A DNA stretch of 29,866 nt from Polyangiales bacterium (lineage in GTDB: Bacteria > Myxococcota_A > Polyangia > Polyangiales > Polyangiaceae): the NCBI GenBank assembly GCA_038240245.1, contig JBBSDY010000001.1, positions 1 through 29,866 on the forward strand, in the 5' to 3' direction. The position numbers and the translations under genes are program-made. The notes under the pieces are model-generated. The model searched no databases, was not told the origin of the DNA, and was given only the letters and a program-made list of their open reading frames with translations. Positions 25,095-29,866 of this stretch are shown here, piece by piece. Numbering within the stretch: the first letter of the stretch is position 1; every line of letters starts with the position of its first letter.

Positions 25095-26693
25095 TCAGGC
25101 CGGGCGCACCCCTGAACGCGACAGCGTCGTGCGCATTTCGCGAACGGCTTGCGAGGCTGGGCTTGCCAGACGCGGGATCCGGATGCGAAAGCGCGCTCCA
25201 CCGAGGGGGCTCGGCCCGGCATCGATCGTGCCGCCGTGCTCGACGACGATCTTCTTCACGATCGATAGCCCGAGGCCCGTACCCTCGGCCTTGGTCGTCA
25301 CGTAGGGGTCGAAGACCGAATCGCGCAGGGGCTCGGGTACGCCAGGGCCGTCGTCGTCGACGTTGATCGTGAACGCTTCACGCTCGGGCGCGACGCTGAC
25401 CTCGACGTGGCCATGCCCGCGATGGGCGATGACCGCCTGGGTCGCATTGCGCAGCACGTTGGAGAGCACCTGACGGAGCATCTGCCGGTCGATGTTGGCG
25501 GGCATGGGAGCATCGGGAATGCTCCACTCGAGGCGCACCTTGCTCGAGCCAAAGGGAGGCGTCTCGGAGCCTTTTGGCTCGGACTCGTCCTGGACGAGCT
25601 GGGCGTGGCTCGCTTGCTCACGCAAGAAATCGCCGAGATCGCCCTCGGAGAGCTCGGCGCGCGGCAAGCGAGCGAACGAGCTGAACTCGCCGACCAGACG
25701 GCGCAAGGTGCCCACCTCCTCTTCGACGATCTCCAGCGTCGTGTCGAGAAGCTTGCGATAGTTGGGATCGCTGCCGGCGTACTTGCGGTGGCACTCCTCG
25801 ACCGCCAAAAGAATGGGCGTAAGAGGATTTTTGATCTCGTGGGCGAGGCGGCGCGCCATCTCTTGCCAGGTTCCCATGCGCTGTAAGAATTCGACGCGCG
25901 CGCGGTTCACTTCGACCTCGGAGAGCATGCGGTTGAAGCCGCGCGAAAGATCGGTCAGCTCGTCGTTGCCCAGCTCGGGCACCCGCACGGTGAGGTCGCC
26001 CGCCGCGACCGTCTGTGTGGCTGCGGCCAGCAATCCGATTCGGCGGGTGACGGTTCTCGCGAGAAGTGTCCCGATGGTGACGGCAAAGCCAATGGTGACC
26101 ACCAACACGGCGCCGAAGTAATAGAGGTCGATGCGCTGGATCTTGAGCAGCGTCTCGACGCGGTGGTACGTGCGAACGAAGTCGCCCATGCCGTGCACCT
26201 CGTCGAGGCGCGCGCGCGGCGTGGCGAATACGGCGACCAGTTGGGGCGCATCGTCGCCGTCGGCGAGGGGCCTGGTGACCTCGAGCTCGCGCTCGGTCGC
26301 ATCGTCGACGGGACGGCCGCGATCCGTTTTGCCGAGCACGGTGCCGTCGGGCAAGGCGATGGCGAGCGAGACGAGATCGGCGTACTGCGGGAAGACCGCG
26401 CCGAGCTCTTGCTGAATCGACGGTGGATGGTGCAAGAGCGCCGCCGCGCGCAGGGGCTCGCGCGCAGCGATGGCGTCGGCCTGGTGACGCATGCCGTCTT
26501 TGATGGCCTTGGCGAGATCCTGGTAGACGCCGAGAGCCTGGTCGAGATGCTCGCCGAGCTCGGGCGTCATGGCCTGCGCCAAAAGGCGATCGAACAGGGA
26601 GCGCGCGAAGTAGATGGAGACGATCAGCGGAATGACCGCGGTCAGCACGATGGCGAACGCCAGTCGGCGCTCCGTTCGACCCAGGATCGCCAT
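25095..26693 (-). CDS. NtrY-like membrane sensor histidine kinase (TM-periplasmic-TM-HAMP-HisKA-HATPase, 532 aa)
   Basis: HAMP (AGDLTVRVP..GNDEL..L...FNRM), H-box LAHEIKNPLTPI, N-box NVLRNA, DDGPGVP, FDPYVTTKAEGTGLGL. Confidence 0.93.
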   Translation of the reverse strand: MAILGRTERRLAFAIVLTAVIPLIVSIYFARSLFDRLLAQAMTPELGEHLDQALGVYQDLAKAIKDGMRHQADAIAAREPLRAAALLHHPPSIQQELGAVFPQYADLVSLAIALPDGTVLGKTDRGRPVDDATERELEVTRPLADGDDAPQLVAVFATPRARLDEVHGMGDFVRTYHRVETLLKIQRIDLYYFGAVLVVTIGFAVTIGTLLARTVTRRIGLLAAATQTVAAGDLTVRVPELGNDELTDLSRGFNRMLSEVEVNRARVEFLQRMGTWQEMARRLAHEIKNPLTPILLAVEECHRKYAGSDPNYRKLLDTTLEIVEEEVGTLRRLVGEFSSFARLPRAELSEGDLGDFLREQASHAQLVQDESEPKGSETPPFGSSKVRLEWSIPDAPMPANIDRQMLRQVLSNVLRNATQAVIAHRGHGHVEVSVAPEREAFTINVDDDGPGVPEPLRDSVFDPYVTTKAEGTGLGLSIVKKIVVEHGGTIDAGPSPLGGARFRIRIPRLASPASQAVREMRTTLSRSGVRPA

Positions 26694-26702
26694 ACCTTGG
26701 TT

Positions 26703-27596
26703 TTAGCGCCACCTACGCCAGAGTGACAACAAGAGGCCCAACGAGCCCCAGCGGTGGCCGAGCGAATCGACGGCAATGGACGCCCATGCGGCTGCGTCGG
26801 CGGCCAGTGGGCCAGCGAGCGAGGCGCGGGCGGGAGTGATGATCACGTCGCGCACCGCAAAAGCGCGCAGCCACGCACCCCACGAGCGCTCGCTCTGGAG
26901 CTCACGCAAAATGGACAGCTCGGTGAAGCACCCGATGGCCACCGGACCCAGCACGGCTTCCATGGCCTCGAGGGTGTATCGGTAGTCGCGTCGAAAGTCG
27001 CCGGACAGAAACGACAGGCGCCGCCGCAGCTCTTCGGGCCCCACGATGCGACTGATGCCGCCCTTTTCGCGCTTGATGGCAAGGCTCGTCCAGAGCTCGC
27101 CCTCGTGAAAGACCGCCATGCCGAAGAGGTGCCCGGGCGGAAAGAGAGCGGCGAAAGTTTTCTCGAAGGGTAGCCGCGCCGGCAGAGAAAATCGATCGAT
27201 GTGGTAGGGCCAGATTTCGATGATCCCGTCCGCCGAGAGCTCACGAACGATGTCGAACAAGAGACGACCCTGTGTGGCGAGATCGTCCTCACGCTGGCAC
27301 CGCGTTCCGAAACGTTCGGCTAGCTTTTCGAGCCCGCCCGTGGGAGCGGCGACGATCCAGCTCGCGCCGTGCCGAGCCGCGAGAGGCGGGAGTGGCGACG
27401 GCCAGGACAGACCGTCCTTGTCGATGTGTCCGCGCCTGGTGTGGAGCATCTTTCTGACCCGACCGCCCGAGTGGACGATCAAGAGGCCTCCGCCCGTTGG
27501 CTCGATCGCTGTCCGGGGCGTGCTCTTCCACAGGCCGAGCAAGCGGGACCAGTCCTCGGTGGTCCACCCTTCGAAACGGACGTCCTTGGTGAACAT
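26703..27596 (-). CDS. Hypothetical protein (297 aa)
   Basis: Only the C-terminal 297 aa of the 748-aa ORF (from MFTKDVRFEGWTTEDW) reads as globular protein. It ends 9 nt before the kinase start. Confidence 0.7.
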   Translation of the reverse strand: MFTKDVRFEGWTTEDWSRLLGLWKSTPRTAIEPTGGGLLIVHSGGRVRKMLHTRRGHIDKDGLSWPSPLPPLAARHGASWIVAAPTGGLEKLAERFGTRCQREDDLATQGRLLFDIVRELSADGIIEIWPYHIDRFSLPARLPFEKTFAALFPPGHLFGMAVFHEGELWTSLAIKREKGGISRIVGPEELRRRLSFLSGDFRRDYRYTLEAMEAVLGPVAIGCFTELSILRELQSERSWGAWLRAFAVRDVIITPARASLAGPLAADAAAWASIAVDSLGHRWGSLGLLLSLWRRWR

Positions 27597-27656
27597 TTTC
27601 GAGTGAACCCTAGCCGATGCCACGGCGTTCCTGCTAGCAATCTCACGATCCATGAC

Positions 27657-28604
27657 ATGGTAGGAACGGACCATCTGACCACGGAGCGCCTGTTCGAGCG
27701 TTTCTTCTGGCCCCTTTACCCGGGCGACGTCCGCGAAGATTTGTCGCGCGCGCGCGCGGCTGACGCCAATCCCGCCGGCAATCCCAACATTCTTCGTTCG
27801 CTCGACGACATCGCCGATGTATTCGTGAAGCTCGCCCCTCATGCTTTCGGGCGCAGCGATCTGGGCCTCGATGGATCCGATGCATCCGTTCACCGTCTTT
27901 CGGCCGCTCTGACGCGGGCGTTGCGCGACGGCTGGGCTGCCACCGAGGGTCCCGACGGCGCGCCGCTGCTTGCGCACGTCGTCTTGCACGGGGCCATCTA
28001 CGTGGGTCGCTGTGCCATCGCCCATCACCAGGGTGTCTGGCACGTGCGCAGGCCGCTTTGGGAGTCGCTCGTGCGGCTCACGTCCGCAGCCGGTGAGGCC
28101 GATCTGGCGATCTTCCACTGGTGGCTCAAGTCGCTTTCGGATGCCGAAATCGATCGTCACACGCTCGCCGATCGCTACCGTGCGCATGTCGAGGAGCCAA
28201 CGTTTCGTCCCGATGCGCTCGCGCCCATCGTGGCCGAGCCGCGCCGCCTTCCGCGTCTCACCAAGGTTCGATACGACACGTTGCACAAGCATTTGCGCGC
28301 GCACCTGCCGGAGATGAAAGATCTCGGTGCGCACTTTCCGTCGGCGGAGCGATTCGCGGAGCTGGCGTTTCGGCACCTCGATTTCCAGTGGCTCGGCGGC
28401 ACGCGAATGTTGCTTGTTCACGGGCCGAGCGACAAAGGCGTGCACCTTTTTTGGCTCGATGCGAACGGCTTCACCAAGGCCGCGTACTATCCCGCGGACC
28501 CTGCGGCAGAGTATGCGATCGCGGTCGAGGGGGAGACGATCGTGGTTCGCGTGTCGGTGGGGGGAAAGCGCGCGGAGCATGCGATGCTTTGGTGGGGCCC
28601 GTGA
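27657..28604 (+). CDS. Hypothetical protein (315 aa)
   Basis: From ATG 27657 (MVGTDHLTTERLFERFFWPLYP...). Trp/His-rich globular composition, divergent from the 27596 gene. Confidence 0.7.
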   Translation: MVGTDHLTTERLFERFFWPLYPGDVREDLSRARAADANPAGNPNILRSLDDIADVFVKLAPHAFGRSDLGLDGSDASVHRLSAALTRALRDGWAATEGPDGAPLLAHVVLHGAIYVGRCAIAHHQGVWHVRRPLWESLVRLTSAAGEADLAIFHWWLKSLSDAEIDRHTLADRYRAHVEEPTFRPDALAPIVAEPRRLPRLTKVRYDTLHKHLRAHLPEMKDLGAHFPSAERFAELAFRHLDFQWLGGTRMLLVHGPSDKGVHLFWLDANGFTKAAYYPADPAAEYAIAVEGETIVVRVSVGGKRAEHAMLWWGP

Positions 28605-28669
28605 GCGCGTGGTCGTGATGCGGTAGGTTGCGTCGAAAGCGAGCATCGGGGTTGCGCGGGGTTGCTCGC

Positions 28670-28770
28670 GTTTTCGCTCTTGCTCTTGTCGCGGGTCGCT
28701 CGCTCTGGTCTCGCAGTCGCAGTGACGGTCGCGGGTTCGCTTCTCTCTCCATCGCGGTCGCGGTGGCTTC
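28670..28770 (+). repeat. Degenerate pyrimidine-rich hexamer-period repeat tract
   Basis: Units such as TCGCTC, TTGCTC, GTCGCA, GTCGCG, TCGCGG. Its reverse complement shares blocks with 29110-29160. Confidence 0.5.
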
Positions 28771-29163
28771 TGCTGTCGTTCCAGCGTCTCCGGGTGGCCG
28801 CCATGGTCCGGGGGTTCGATCTCGAGCCTGCGCTCGACGATGGCCGTCCTCGACGCCAACAACCTGACCGTGTGCATGCACGAGATCTCAACTCTTACCG
28901 TGCGTCGCGCTCTTGGAACCTCGCTCGTCGGCCGCCGGACCGGCGCCATTCTGGCCCTCGCTGGCGCTCGGGCTCGCGCTCCATTTCACCCGACTGTCTC
29001 GCGCGCCACGCGTGCCCAGTTGTTCCACGTGCCGTGCGAACGGCAATCGGGCCCAACACGAGAGCGTGTGGGAGTCGTTGTGGGGGAGGTGAGGGAGGGA
29101 GAACGGCGAAAGCGACCGCGACTGCGAGGGAGAGTGAAAGAGGCAAAGAGCGGGGGCGAGTGC

Positions 29164-29254
<91 letters not shown>

Positions 29255-29344
29255 GGGGCGAGCGCGCACGCGGGATTTTCCCTGACCGGCAGGTGATGGA
29301 TCGAGGTTGGCGATGAGTGGTGGGAGCGCGGTAGCAGACCGTCT

Positions 29345-29393
29345 TGTCTTGCATAAAAAACAATACGTTAGACATTGTTAGCCTAATCAAATG
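29345..29393 (+). promoter_or_regulatory. AT-rich promoter-like island with AACAAT-N9-ATTGTT palindrome
   Basis: Locally AT-rich within a GC-rich window. Inverted repeat at 29359-29364 / 29374-29379; TAGCCT 6 nt before ATG 29391. Confidence 0.4.
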
Positions 29394-29829
29394 ACGGCTC
29401 CCGGCGCGATCCCGCTGACTCTTCCCATCTTCCGTTCTTTCGATTTGATGGTCGCGGCATGAACGCCAACGGTCGTGGGGTCGAGCTGGCGTCGGGGGGG
29501 CGTGGAAAGGCCAGCGCGAGTTCGCCGAGGTTTGGAGCGTCGCGGGCGTGACGAGCCCCATCACGCCCGTTCGCCTCGGGCTTGCTACGATGCCTTATTG
29601 CAGCGCGATCGGGCCGCGGTGCAGGCATCGCAAGGTGGCGAAGGGTGTGGGTCTGCCGCGTGTATCGTTCGGTTCTTCCCGACGACCAAGGCCGGATCGT
29701 ACGCCGCGCGCTCATGAGCGAGCTCAGGCCTTGAGCGGGGGCCCGCGCCGAAGAAGCGGCTTGCGAACGCCGTCTCAACGAGCGCGCGGCCAGCGCGAGG
29801 GACGCATCGGATTGCATCCAGGCCAGCGC

Positions 29830-29866
29830 GTGACGGGCGCCAACCTGCTGCTCCTCGACGAGCCGA
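29830..29866 (+). other. Isolated ABC-ATPase Walker-B-like peptide (VTGANLLLLDEP) running off the window edge
   Basis: NLLLLDEP resembles ABC/ABC-F Walker B. No Walker A is found upstream in any plus frame. Confidence 0.35.

Noticed and set aside
28771-28810. LSFQRLRV resembling the N-terminus of four-helix-bundle (TIGR02436-type) proteins
   Set aside because: There is no start codon at the motif, the expected aromatic residue after V is missing, and the rest of the frame shows no similarity. It is too short to support.
28806-28826. GGTTCGAT resembling a tRNA T-loop
   Set aside because: The flanks do not form a 5-bp T-stem, and no D-arm, anticodon arm or acceptor stem is present.
27597-28949. 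N-terminal 451 aa of the 748-aa minus-strand ORF
   Set aside because: It overlaps the 27657-28604 gene in antisense and the repeat tract. Only the part from ATG 27596 looks like real protein.
29731-29866. LSGG plus LLLLDEP as an intact ABC signature/Walker B pair
   Set aside because: The spacing is about 18 residues too long, the intervening sequence is Arg/Gly/Pro-rich, and there is no Walker A.

Overview
High-GC chromosomal window that looks myxobacterial (Polyangiales-like), judged from a MYXO-CTERM-type sorting signal and about ten lipoproteins with Gly/Ser/Ala-rich linkers. It holds about 32 coding regions. Recognisable genes: a SpoU/TrmH methyltransferase (partial), SCP2, a minimal NB-ARC/STAND ATPase, a GH4 alpha-galactosidase with an extra beta-sandwich domain plus an AraC regulator, a class II CPD photolyase, a sugar-phosphate isomerase, DUF924, MscL-MarR-ClC, a GNAT, an EF-hand transaldolase, TlpA and an orphan NtrY-like kinase. 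I found no rRNA, tRNA, CRISPR array or transposase. I cannot show a complete new system. The best leads are: (i) a ClC whose three selectivity/coupling positions all deviate from ClC-ec1, coupled to MarR; (ii) a MYXO-CTERM protein, two convergent paralogous lipoproteins and two coupled small ORFs missed by the ORF track (20454-23634); (iii) an effector-less STAND ATPase; (iv) the GH4 fusion operon with a visible candidate operator; (v) a recurring TAnnnT-7nt-ATG leaderless promoter geometry; (vi) a G-quadruplex-like hexamer array inside divergent repeat flanks near the right end. Two genes carry apparent single-base deletions in short homopolymers, which may be sequencing errors. All family calls come from motif recognition by eye, not from database searches.
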